DNA of 64,000 nt. It comes from Octopus vulgaris (Eukaryota). The notes below the pieces were generated by a model. The model was given only the letters and a program-made list of their open reading frames with translations, was not told where the DNA came from and searched no databases. Shown here piece by piece: positions 13,729-25,439 of the stretch (positions are counted from its first letter, which is position 1; each line of letters begins with the position of its first letter). The position numbers and the translations under genes are program-made. The stretch spans positions 109,926,001 through 109,990,000 of the forward strand of contig OX597817.1 of NCBI GenBank assembly GCA_951406725.2, written 5' to 3'.

Positions 13729-14787
13729 TAATTTAAATATCAAATATTCTTAGCCCTGATTTTAAAAAACTAGCATGCTTTTAAGATTATTCTCTATAAT
13801 ATATAAAACAAATAAATATATATATATATATCTGTCATGTATGGATTTTCAAGCATGTTATACACGGACATCATGCAATTAAGCAGTACCGGACAACGCC
13901 TTCGTTTTAGGTGATCAGAAATGAAGCACGAACGAAGCATAGACCTTTAGAAGTATTTATTTGTGTCTTTAACTAACATTAACAAAAGGAAATAACTACA
14001 AGAAAGTAGACTCTAACTAAAAACTTTATATAGACAAAATCAGGACATTCATTGTATCAGAAAAAAATGAAATGAAAGGAAGCTCACGTGACAAGACCAT
14101 AAGGAAAATTTCCAAATAAATCATTGAATTTTAAAAATAGCCTCGTAAAGTCAGTAAACAAAATGTGGAATATATAATTTAATAAAAAATATCCTGGATG
14201 CTTTTTGTAGAAAAAATGACTTTACATGAATATACAGCAGAGAAACAGTACTATAGTTGCTGTAAAGTGGTTCTAAAACATTAACATTTACAAATAAAAG
14301 TAAGATTATTCAGTTTGATATTGTAGACTATATTACAATAACTGATAGGCGATATGAGTTGCGTCCCCTCGCAGCATACCATCATGATAAGATTTATGTT
14401 ATGTTTTTCTTTCATTCTTTGGAGATCGATAAAATAATCATTCTAGTCTAATGTTGTTGGCTTCTTTTTCACCTAGTGTTTATCTCACTTCAATGCAGTA
14501 TCCGTTCGTTTCATGGATGTGAAGGCAATGCACTCACTTTCGTTTTTGGAGTCATACCTTTGCGTCGACAGGTAGGTCAGCATAGGCGATGTTGTGAGAG
14601 AGAGTGGAGGGAGACCGTCAGACAGACAGACACAGAGTGTGTGGGGAGAGAGCTATGGTGAAGAAGAAGACGAAGAAGAGTCGATTCCAGTATTAAGCTA
14701 ACTTCAGCGCGCGGAGGCTCGGTATAAAGACTGTCAAACAGCATTTCAAGTGCCCCTAAATGCCTCATAATCTCGTAAAATTATTCA

Positions 14788-15330
14788 AGACAGAGAATTG
14801 GCACAATCGTTAACCCACCGGGCGAAATGCTTAGCGGCATTTCGTTGTCTTCATGTTCTGAGTTCAAAATTTCGACGAGGTCAACTTTACCATTCATCCT
14901 TTTGGGGGTCGACAAAACAAGTATCAATTCACCGCTAGGGTCGATGTAATCGACTGACACCCTCCCCCAAACTTGCTAGCTTTGTGCCAAAATTTGAAAC
15001 CATTACTAACTCTTATATGAAGGCAGCGAACTGACAGAATTTTTTGTACATTGGATTAAATTCTTAACGGCATATCGTCCGTCTTTTCATACTTTCAGGC
15101 CTTGTGCCAATAATAGAAAGGATTTTTACCTCTTACATAAGACGGCGAGCTGGCGGAATCGTTAGCACGCCGAACAAAAATGCTTAACGGCATGTCATCC
15201 GGCTCTTGGCACTCTGAGCTCAAATCTGCCTTTCATCCTTTCGGGGTCAATAAAATAAGTACCAATACTGGAGTCAATATAGTCGAGTACTCCCTTCCGA
15301 CTTGCAGGTCTTGTGCCAAAATTTGAAACA
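14788..15330 (+). mobile_element. Three head-to-tail degenerate family-A SINEs
   Basis: Heads near 14788, 15021 and 15141; tails of the TTGTGCCAA type. Confidence 0.8.
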
Positions 15331-16237
15331 ATTATAGCTATTTTCTGAATCAATCACTTATACATATATGTATAAATATATATAAAGGCGCAGAAGTGGC
15401 TGTATGGTAAGAATCTTGCTTCCCAACCATATGGTTCCGGGTTCGGAACCACACTTTCTAGTGTGCTGCTATCTTAGCTCGCTCCTGAACAGCCAAGCGA
15501 CCGGCCATCTGGAAAATAAGAAATCCCCATCAGAGTTGTCTGTTTAAAAAATGTTTTCGTCATGTCTTCAGTGATACCAAAACTTCTATAAGCAATTTCT
15601 AATGCCTGTATATCAATACGTGTCAGTATTTATAATGGAAATGTGTCATTAAAATATATAACCGTCTATGGTGGACTCTCGTGCTATATACAACACATGA
15701 GAATTCCGCACTTTCTTGATGATCAACCTGCACAGATCATTTATTTCTGTGTTTATAGTAATTAAATGTTTGTGTTGTACATCCGCTCACTCCTTCACTC
15801 AAATCAACATTACGTGTAAAGATGCACAGTGCGCCACACGTTGGATGTCAAAGTCGGCGCCCGTCTTCGGAGTTGAAACCACGATCTTGCAAGCAACAGC
15901 CTACATTCCGTGTCAGTCTTATAGGATTCTGATGCATATTCGTAACGTACGCCTCGAGCATGTTCTTAGTTTCCTCAATCTAATATTAAACAAATTTAGG
16001 CTTGTTAGTGTTTGCGTTTGTGGTTGTGTACCTGTGAATTCGTAAAATTCTTCTGCGAAAGGTCAATCTAAGGGAGGCAACTTTTGTGAGAAAAATTTGA
16101 ATTGTTTCCCTTGGAAGAGAAAATAATTTAGCAATTATAACTGAACAAACTGTACTTTATTTACACTTCTGAGAACACATTATTTTATCCAAAAGAAATT
16201 AGAAAGCTTTGCAAGTATTATAAATTAAATACAGTTT

Positions 16238-16501
16238 AATTCTTTTTACGAATGGGAATTCCTCGAAGTATATAAATCTATAAATAACTGCTCTTAAATA
16301 TTAGGTTTGAAATCCTTTGGATAGAAAAGGTCGACGGCTGCCCATGGTAGAAAGCCAGTCATGTTTACAGGAAATGCGAACAGGGTCCCACAGGCACCCT
16401 TCGACTTTTTTTTACCATCCAAAAGGGTTTTAACATGATATTTACGCGCTATTATTTATAGATCTGTTTGATTCGAGGATTCACCGTTCGTTACAAGAAT
16501 T
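16238..16501. repeat. Old diverged foldback (~105-bp arms)
   Basis: AATTCTTTTTACGAATGGGAATTCCTCGAA...ATCTATAAATAA...GTCGACGGCTGCC aligns to the reverse complement of 16393-16501 with many substitutions. Confidence 0.75.
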
Positions 16502-16803
16502 ATTTCAAATTCTCGGAGTTTCTAAATACTTAAATACAGAGGATGCAGTGAAATGTTGTCAATGACCAAATCACAGTTTCAAGCGACGAAAATTCTGACA
16601 CCATGCTACAAACGATAAATGTGGAATTAATAATAAGACAAAGAAATTAACTAATAATAAAGTGAAATTAATGGTTTTATGTGTATCCGAATGGCTAACT
16701 TGCACTTCCTCTCTGCAATCGTTTTAGTTTCAACATACGATCTCAAATCAAACTCACTTGATATGCAAGGAGTGGTTGTGAAGTAAGAAGCTTGCTTTCC
16801 CCA

Positions 16804-17220
16804 AGGCGACGAGCTGGCAGAAACGTCAGCACGCCGGGCGAAACGCTTAGCGGTATTTCGTCTGCCGCTACGTTCTAAGTTCAAATTCCTCCGAGGTCGA
16901 CTTTGCCTTTTATCCTTTCGGGGTCGATTAAATAAATACCAGTTACGCACTAGGGTCAATGTAATCGACTTAATCCGTTTGTCTGTCCTTGTTTGTCCTC
17001 TCTGTGTTTAGCCCCTTGTGGGTAGTAAAGAAATAGGTATTTCGTCTGTCGCTACGTTCTGAGTTCAAATTCCGCCGAGGTCAACTTTACCTTTCATCCT
17101 TTCGGGGTCGATTAAAATAAGTAACAGTTACGCACTGGTGTTGATATAATCGACTTAATTCGTTTGTCTGTCCTTGTTTGTCCTCTCTGTGTTTAGCCCC
17201 TTGTGGTCAAGAAAGAAATA
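16804..17220 (+). mobile_element. Young dimeric family-A SINE inserted in a family-B SINE head
   Basis: Two body copies joined at AAAGAAATA|GGTATTTCG. One ~19-bp TSD pair, TAAGAAGCTTGCTT(T)CCCCA, at 16784-16803 and 17219-17237. Confidence 0.9.
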
Positions 17221-17283
17221 AGAAGCTTGCTTCCCCACAACATGCTTCCGGTTTCAGCTTTACTTGCATGGCACCTTATATGT

Positions 17284-18125
17284 GCCAATCTTACGAATTT
17301 GTTTCTCACTAGTGGTTCAATGGAGTATTAGGTAATAATCCAACTATGTAACTCTACATTAATCAGAGGTAGCCATTAGGGAATAAAATAAGGCAACTAC
17401 TCTTTATAGTTGGAGGTGAATGGACATCCAGTTGGTGGTTGCTGTGTAAGAGATGATAAAACAAATCGAGCAGGTATTGAGTTAAAAGTTATGTCCCTTT
17501 ATACCAAAACATCGTCGTTGATTTTTTTTTTTTTTTCTTTTTCTTCCAAGTCGACAAAAGTTTTCTGGAAAAGAGTTTGTGAACCGCATGTGTCTATTCA
17601 CCTTCAACAATAAAGAGCAAATGCCATATTTCATTTCATAACAGCTACCGGTACTTTTTGGTTATCTCACCCCTATTAAAAAAATTGGGTTATCTCCCCA
17701 CTAAAAAGTTGAGTTTACGTGACAACAAGAGATTGGATTAAAAGGGTTAGATCTTTTTGATTCAATACATTGTTGACGTTTGGTCTCCTCAATAGGCATG
17801 GTATGATTTGTTATAAAAATGTCGTTAGATTCAATAAGATGCTTGATCTTTTCAGTTTTCCTTTTCATTATTTCCATTTTCATGTTTATTAATTTCTTCA
17901 TTTTTTTTTATTGAGGATTAAACAAATTTTTTAGTTGGGGGAGATAATCAAAAGTACCGATATTTTTCATAAAATGGGGGAGATAACCCAATTTTTTAAT
18001 GGAGATGAAATAACCGAAAAGTACCTCTGATAAGGGCTACCTCTGATAAGTGCAGGGTTACATAATCGGATTGTTGTCTAACACTCCTTTGAACACCTTG
18101 TGCAAAACCAATGGGTAAGATCGGC
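17284..18125. mobile_element. Non-autonomous TIR element with ~95-bp outer inverted repeats enclosing a second ~50-bp TIR pair (17650-17700 / 17975-18025)
   Basis: Outer arms 17284-17378 and 18031-18125 (TATGTAAC...ATCAGAGGTAGCC). Inner arms GGTACTTTT.GGTTAT...TTAAAAAATTGGGTTATCTCCCC. Confidence 0.75.
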
Positions 18126-18574
18126 CATATATAGATATATAACACTGTACACTTCGATTAATATAGTGGGAATGAATCTGAATAACTGTTAACATAATTT
18201 AAGATATGGGTGAATTAAGTTTAGCTTTAATCTCCCCGTTCTTATGAATACCAAGTAGCTATTTAACTCACTTTGTGATCGTGTGTGCACCAAACCACAC
18301 GTATGGATATGCTTACATTTTTGTAGATACTTGTATGAGTGAGTGTACAAGCGCCATGGAGCTTGCACAAGGGCATTTATACATCTATATCTATCAATGG
18401 TTATTTTTAATACTTTACTCGCTGTATAGCATGTCCGTTTCTGTTTTGCATTTGTGACTTTATTTTTGATCTTCTATATAAATGAAGATATTTCCTTTGT
18501 TTTGCTGCTTTTTCTTTTCTATGTAATGAGAAGATACACTGTGGAACTGTTATTTTAATTAGATGTATCTATTT

Positions 18575-18680
18575 ATCACCTGATGAGACACATCTGCACC
18601 ACTGGACCCTCCTGAACCAGTTGTTAAGTGTCCCACTCATAATGAATTGATGGTAAATGTGCTGAAACAATTGTTGGGAT
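18575..18680 (+). ncRNA. Type-I hammerhead-like motif with long loop II (Penelope-like end)
   Basis: ATCAC-CTGATGA-GACACAT..ATGTGCT-GAAAC-AATT-GTT-GGGAT, then AATAAA. One mismatch each in stems I and II. Confidence 0.55.
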
Positions 18681-19367
18681 TAATAAAAATTCTCGTATAT
18701 TCCATCTTCTGTCTTTCACTTACCATATATATATATGCACACACACAGATATATGTATATTCAAGATGGTGCTCCAGCATGGCCACAGTCAAATGACTGA
18801 AACAAGTAAAAAAAAATAAAAGAATATATCAACATACACGTGAATATTCTATTATTTATAAATGCTAAAGAGTAACACCTATTTTATTCAGTTAAGTCTT
18901 TTCAGTATAATTTGCTAGTATTTATGGAACTTAATTAGCATTGTATAGTTAATTATTTGTCAGGCTGGCAAATAATTAACTATAAACTGTATTCTTATAT
19001 TTCAGCATGGTCATTTTTTATTTTATAGTTTAACTATAAATTATGTACCACATGCTGATCATACTGGTACTCATACATCGCAAACGTAAATAGACAGTCC
19101 CCATTCATTTATTTATACACATACACTCCCATTTATACATATATATATAACTAATGTAGGATAAAATTTCTTCGGGAAAAAATTTTTATCAATGGTCAGC
19201 ATATCAAAAAATACCTTTAAAGGTTAAATTTATAAATAATTTACAAAATGAGGGCAGAAGAAAATTTCTAATGCCAAATATGCTGAAAAAAAGACAAAAA
19301 TTGTCAATAACCATTATAATTTATGTGTCTCGAAATAAACCGATAAAAATTTCCAAAAAATCCGTTA

Positions 19368-19428
19368 TTACCGTATTGGTCCCAATTTTGGGGTTAATTC
19401 ATAAGAATTTTCCCCTCTTCAGCGATAA
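19368..19428 (-). ncRNA. Type-I hammerhead relic (G12A) in a Penelope-like remnant (~19150-19512)
   Basis: Minus strand TTATCG-CTGAAGA-GGGG..CCCC-AAAA-TTGG GA CCAA-TA-CGGTAA. All three stems pair, but the catalytic G12 is A. Confidence 0.65.
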
Positions 19429-19528
19429 ATACGTGAGATATAAGTGAAATACTTACTCATACCCATGGAAAAAGCAAGTATTAAGTCCTGAGCAGACCTA
19501 AGTAAATTATTTATATATATATATATAT

Positions 19529-19937
19529 ATATTGTTGTATTTAGGAATGGTCATTTTGCCAGTTTAGCCAATAAAAACACACGCACTATATATTTGGTGT
19601 TACTTTGCTTCAGTGTTATTTATTTTTTACATTAATCTTAATCTTATCTAATCTATAGAAATACAAAATGGCTGACGGTTAGTAAGGAGAGACACAAATA
19701 AGTAAGAAGAAAACAAAGGACCACTGATGCGGTCACAGGAGTGTGACGAAAGAACTCTGGCCGAAATAAGATTAAGATTAATGTAAAAAATAAATAACAC
19801 TGAAGCAAAGTAACACCAAATATATAGTGCGTGTGTTTTTATTGGCTAAACTGGCAAAATGACCATTCCTAAATACAACAATATCCGTTTCAACACACGA
19901 CTTCACATAAAAAATCTTGCACAACAAATATTTAAAC

Positions 19938-19938
<1 letters not shown>
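19529..19938 (+). mobile_element. Penelope-like end fragment with a perfect 119-bp inversion, embedded in (TA)n
   Basis: Arms 19529-19647 and 19766-19884 are exact reverse complements; the spacer carries a hammerhead-like motif. Confidence 0.75.
19718..19762 (+). ncRNA. Minimal type-I hammerhead-like motif with atypical core
   Basis: GGACCA-CTGATGCG-GTCAC aggagt GTGAC-GAAAG AA CTC-TGGCC; A9 replaced by CG. Confidence 0.55.
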
Positions 19939-19976
<38 letters not shown>

Positions 19977-20283
19977 GGGTGGCTAATTTGCAATTTTACA
20001 ACCTAAAGGCAGAAATATTTACAATGTAAATGTTATCCAAGAGAAAGGCCAATACAGCTTGGTACCAGTGATGCTGCAACTCATTTCTACAGATGGGTGA
20101 ACTGGAGCAACATGAAATAAAGTGTCTTGCTCAAGAACACAACACATAGCCCAGTCCTTGTGATTTTGAGCCTGACACTCTTACTACTGAGTCATGCACC
20201 TTCCCACATGTATATATATATATATACATCAATTTAATACAAGACCAAATATATGAATATATATTTGTGTGTGTGTGTGTGTG

Positions 20284-20838
20284 TTCTACAGAAAGTAAAG
20301 GAATTCTTGAACACAGGAAGGCTGTGATGACACCTTAGAAAATCAGGTAAATACCCTTTAAAACAGTAGTGGGGTCCATTTAAGATTTAGTAGATAAAAT
20401 TTACGTACAATAAATTGGTTTTAACTTGGTTTTAATACACAAAATATTTTAACAATTTTTATCCAATTCCTAATAATATTTAAATACAAAAGGATTTTTT
20501 AAACATCAAATGGTTATGAGAGTCCGTCCAAGTAAAATAGGAATCAAAGGAGTCCATAGATGAAAAAAATATAGTTGAGAAAGACTGCTTTAGAAGATGA
20601 GAAAATGTGACCAGCAAAACTCCACAGAGACTAAAGGCGGTGCTCCAGCATAGCCACAGTCAAATGATTGAAACAAGTAAAAGAGTAAAGAGAATCGAAT
20701 TTGAGAGGTAAAAGGTTCGATTCCCTGTGGAGGCTTACTGGTCACTTTTTTCCCCACTTCTAAAGGATAATTTACTCAATTTTCTAAGCTGTAATCACAG
20801 TTTTCCTTCATTTAAGAATTCCTTTATTTCTTGTAGAA
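20284..20838. mobile_element. Foldback element (~125-bp arms) carrying two nested insertions
   Basis: After removing 20364-20587 and 20629-20688, the left arm aligns to the reverse complement of 20716-20838. Confidence 0.75.
20364..20587. mobile_element. hAT-like MITE
   Basis: CAGT...GTTGAGAAAGACTG termini; 8-bp TSD CTTTAAAA (20356-20363) / CTTTAGAA (20588-20595). Confidence 0.7.
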
Positions 20839-20880
20839 TACCAACATGCTCAGTGTTTATAAGTTTGTTTACAAAATGTT

Positions 20881-20957
<77 letters not shown>

Positions 20958-21297
20958 ATATAATATTATATAATATATATGTATGTATATATATATACAC
21001 ATACACACATACATATTTATATACATAGCTATATTATATATATACATGTATGTATGTGCATGCAGGGATGTAAACACACCAACACCAGTTGTCTAGCAGT
21101 GGTAGGGTGGGACAAACAGAGACACTAAGACATATACAGACACATATATACACACACACACACACATGCACACGCACACACACATACACATACACACAAA
21201 TACACTTGCCTGTATTGTCATGGAGTGGGACTCAAACTAATATCATGTGCTTAGGAAGGAAACCTCCTAATTGCACACCTACAGTTATATATCTATA

Positions 21298-21342
<45 letters not shown>

Positions 21343-22195
21343 TTTAATCTTTAACTTGTTTCAGTCATTCGACTGCGATCATGCTGGAGTATTGCCTTTA
21401 GTCAAACAAATTGACCACAGAACTTATTATTTGTGAGCCTAGTACTTATTGCATCAGACTCTTTTGCTGACCTGCTAAGTTACAGGGACATATCACACCA
21501 ACATTGGTTCTCAACATATATATTCTTTTTTTTAATAGACTACATCATGTAATTAATGTCAACTTACGTGATTTTAAAACAATTAATATATTAAGTACAA
21601 ATAATTATGCAGTGATTAAAAATCTGTATTAGTAATTAACTAATGTTATTTTTGCTATTTTAATTATTTCAAATATATTGTTTAATGTATCCTTCCTTTT
21701 AAAGGCAGTAGAATGTGATCTCAGCAAGATTTGGCATCTATTTGTAGATCAAATGATTGCATAGTATTGTTTTTTTCTTTTGTTGATTCATTGCTAGAAT
21801 GTTATTGTTATTGTTTAGCCAAATATCAACCCTGATTGAGCAAACCAATTACACTGTGTAACACAATTTTTGTCCTTGGGTAGCAACTATTATTTCCTAC
21901 TAACTTACCCCCGGAAAGAATGAAAAATGGCTAATATTTCCTTCAAACTTTGCTTTTGTTACAATATTTATCCAAACCCTAAAGAATCCCTTTTGACACT
22001 TGTCTATGATGTTCCCCGCACTACTCCTGCTCATGATCAGAGATGTACACACTGTCAGCCACTAAGGAACATGCTCAAGAGGTTATGGTCAAGCAAATCT
22101 GTGGTATTGAGCAGAATATTTGCTATAGCGATATTTCTGCTTCAGCAACTCAGCATTGAATCTGTCTGAAATGTAATGGAAAATAGGTAGGTCAG

Positions 22196-23417
22196 TGTTG
22201 TGGTGAGAGTTACAACGCCCCCTTGCAAGAGATAGACTGGTCTGAATAAAGTATAAATAGTAATGGTCCGAGTGAGTTCAAGGTTCAGAGTTCAGAGTCA
22301 AGGGAAGTTGGTGTTAGTTTGCAGTGAAGTTGGTTTGTTCACAAGGAATATTGATTGTCGGTTCGTAAAGAGATGTATTAGTTCGTTACATTGTTGTTAC
22401 TATTGTCTGGTTGCCTTATTTATTGTACATAACAAATTACATTACATCTGACAACGTGGGTTTTAAAGCTCATGTAGGTTATTTAACAATTTGTTCATAA
22501 TACAATTTATTAAATGATTGAAGACCTATTAGCTTCCATAGTACAGTTGCTGCTTGAGTTATTTGCTTGATACAGTGTTCCAGACATTTTAGTTTCAGAT
22601 AATGGAACACAATTCATGGGATATGAATTAAGAAATTTCTGCAAAATACATGCCATAAAGTATATCTTTACCCCACCCTACCACCTGAGGTCAAATGGGC
22701 AGGCAGAAAGATTTGTCAACACATTCAAAAGAGCTCTAAGAAAAGCTAGGGACAAGCTAGATAATGATGAGGCCCTAACGAAGATTTTGAGAGTATATAG
22801 AATAATGCCAAATCCAACTACTAATTCAGGAAAGTCACCGGTAGAGTTAATGTTCACACATAAAATAAAATCGATCTTCAATAAATTATTGCCAGGAAAA
22901 ATACATATAAAGGAAAGACAAAAAATACATTTGAAGGAAATACAAGAAATATTACAAAACATTTTGAAGTAGGAGATAAAGTTTCAAAACAAAAACAAAT
23001 GAGCTTAGTACAATGAAAAGAAAAGTGTTGTGTGCAATGAACAATTCTACCTTAAAAGGTTGGGCAATAATTAAGATACAACAGCTAAAAAAAAGAAAGA
23101 GGGAGAGGTACTGGAAAGAAAGAAAAGAAAAATTAAAGAAATTCCACTTTCTCACAGTTGTTGAAAACTGAAAAGGGGAAATGTTGTGATGAGAGTTATA
23201 GTGCCCCCCTTGCAAGAGATAGACTGGTCTGAGTAAAGTATAGATAGTAACGATCTGAGTTCAAGGTTCAGAGTCTGGAGTCGAGTGAAGTTTGAGTTAG
23301 TTCCCAGTGAAGTCAGAAGGAATATTGATTGTTGATTCGTAAAGAGATAGTTCATTACATTATTGTTACTATTGTCTGGTTATCTTATTTATTGTACATA
23401 AAAATTACATTACAACA
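22196..23417 (+). mobile_element. Internally deleted Ty3/Gypsy LTR retrotransposon (LTRs 22196-~22448 and 23182-23417)
   Basis: Direct repeats starting TGTTGTG and ending ACAACA. Degenerate PBS TGACAACG at ~22449, PPT GAAAAGGGGAAA at 23170-23181, TSD GTCAG/GTCAC. Confidence 0.9.
22562..22900 (+). pseudogene. Gypsy integrase core fragment (rve, second D and E of DDE)
   Basis: FA*YSVPDILVSDNGTQFMGYELRNFCKIHAIKYIFTPPYHLRSNGQAERFVNTFKRAL...YRIMPNPTTNSGKSPVELMF. Confidence 0.9.
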
Positions 23418-24207
23418 GTCACTTTCAAAACATTGATGTCCAGGTCACAAAAGCAATGCTTGAAGGGAATAATAGTAATTTTCTTCAATTTCTAGACAGA
23501 AGTAAATAGGAAATAACACTTGCTGACTAAAGACAAAAAATTGTTTTATTTTGTCACACAGTATTATCAAAGGCATTCCAGGGAACCCAGGACCGTATTA
23601 TCCAAAGTTTCCATTTAAAATGGCAGGGTGTGATTTGAGGGAGATTTGGTTGCTATTTATCACAGATTGACTGACTGCATAGATGTTACTGCATTGACTT
23701 TGTATGGAATGTGTCCAGTAATTCATTTTTCTTGAAGTAAATCTTTTGATTACTACCATAGATTCATGGGGCTATACTAAACATTACCAACCTTTAAGAA
23801 AGAGAGAGAGAGAGCCCTTCCACATGGTTGCTTAACTTGTTAGAAATAACAGCCAAATATAACAATATTCCTGCACCACCATCCCTTCCCACTCTCCAGA
23901 TTACATGCTAATATCTTAAATTAGAAGGGTTTATAATATCCAGAATAATATTACTAGATACATTTTCTTCTTAAACAGAGATGAGATAATCATGGTTTTG
24001 AATATTTTTGATCACAGGTCTACTCCATTAGAACTATCTTGGGATTATGCATCAGCAACAACATCAATTATCATTGCGTATTCATTTATTAAGGTGGCAA
24101 GTCAGTGGACTTGTTAACATGGCAGACAAAATTTTAGTGGCATTTCTTCCAGCTTTACATTCTGAGTTCAAATACTCAATTTTTGTCTTTCATTTGTTTG
24201 GAGTTAA

Positions 24208-24599
24208 TCTATATATATAAAGCTGAAGTTGTCTGTGTGTGGCAGGTTTGGTAGCCTTCAACTAACACTATCTCCTCCGAGACCCTGCGGCGCAAGTTGA
24301 CCAAAATTGAGAGTATGACAGAAGAAGGATTGCTCTTCATTCTGTAGAAGATAAAATTCAAATCGGACCATGTTAAGACCAAAAATTATTTATATCAAAA
24401 AGGTGCTGTTTTTTTATGAAAATCCCTATTTTTTTACGATTTTTTGACTACTGTGTCACCATTTTTTGGTGTATTTTAACCAGAAAAGTGTTCACTTAAA
24501 GAGAATAACAAGCTACGTAATGCAAAATGTTTTACTTTTCAAAAATTCCAATTCTAAAGGGTCAAAACAAACCCGAGCAATGTTGGGTGATACTACTAG
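24208..24599 (+). mobile_element. Non-autonomous Helitron inserted in a family-A SINE (24092-24690)
   Basis: A|TCTATATATATAAA 5' end, subterminal hairpin ACCCGAGCAATGTTGGGT, CTAG|T 3' end, no TSD. The SINE resumes in register. Confidence 0.85.
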
Positions 24600-25401
24600 T
24601 GAAATATATATACCAGTTGAGCACTGAAGTTGATGTAATCAAATAGCCCTTCTCCACAAAATTTCAGACCTTGTGCTTTATAGTAGAAGGAAGTATTTAC
24701 TCTTTTATTCCTTTATCTATTTATTTATTGATATTTCTTAATTTCCTTCAATGTGAGTGAGTGTGCCTTCAATACAAAGTATTTGCACATCAGAATTTAT
24801 AAACACTCAGACAAACACTGCAGTTGTTTAGAGTGAATCATAGAGATTAAATAAATGCATCATTGAAAATACCATCTCAAACTTATTTTCCTCCTTACAT
24901 TCATTTGAATCATAACAGCAATAACTACAACGCAAAATAAAACAGCCCAATAATAGCATCATTTAGAAGAAACACGACTGATTAGAACATCATCATTGGT
25001 CTGCAAGAAACAATAATGACAGTAAAAATTATAGTAATAATGTAGTAATAATAGTAGTAATTATAGTAATAAAGATAGTAATAATGATAGTAATAATAAT
25101 GATGACAGCAATAATGAAATTTATTGAAATTTACTTTTTTCTCTCCAACGTTTTTCTTAATTATTTTTTCCTTGAGTATTTTCAGTTTTTATTTATTTAT
25201 TTGTTGGTACTATTCTTTTTTTTTTCCAATATTTTTATTTTTTTATCATTTTATCCAATCCAAGTTATTTTTCGGAGTGGGTCCAGATCTTGGGGCAAAG
25301 CAAGCATGGACACACATTTTCTTTCTTTCTCTCTCCTTCTTTCTCCATCTTTTCCCCCTCTTTCCCTCTCTCTCTTCTTTCTCCATCTCTTCACCTCCCC
25401 C

Positions 25402-25439
<38 letters not shown>

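Larger units (their letters stand above)
21852..23563. mobile_element. Non-autonomous CAC-terminated TIR element (Chapaev/EnSpm-like) interrupted by the Gypsy element
   Basis: CACTGTGT..ACAATTTTTGTC..AGCAA.T.TTATTTCCTA at the left end is reverse-complemented at ~23498-23563; TTA flanks both ends. Confidence 0.55.

Noticed and set aside
14705-14760. GC-rich element plus TATAAA as a core promoter
   Set aside because: Followed directly by SINEs, with no identifiable exon; the motif alone is insufficient.
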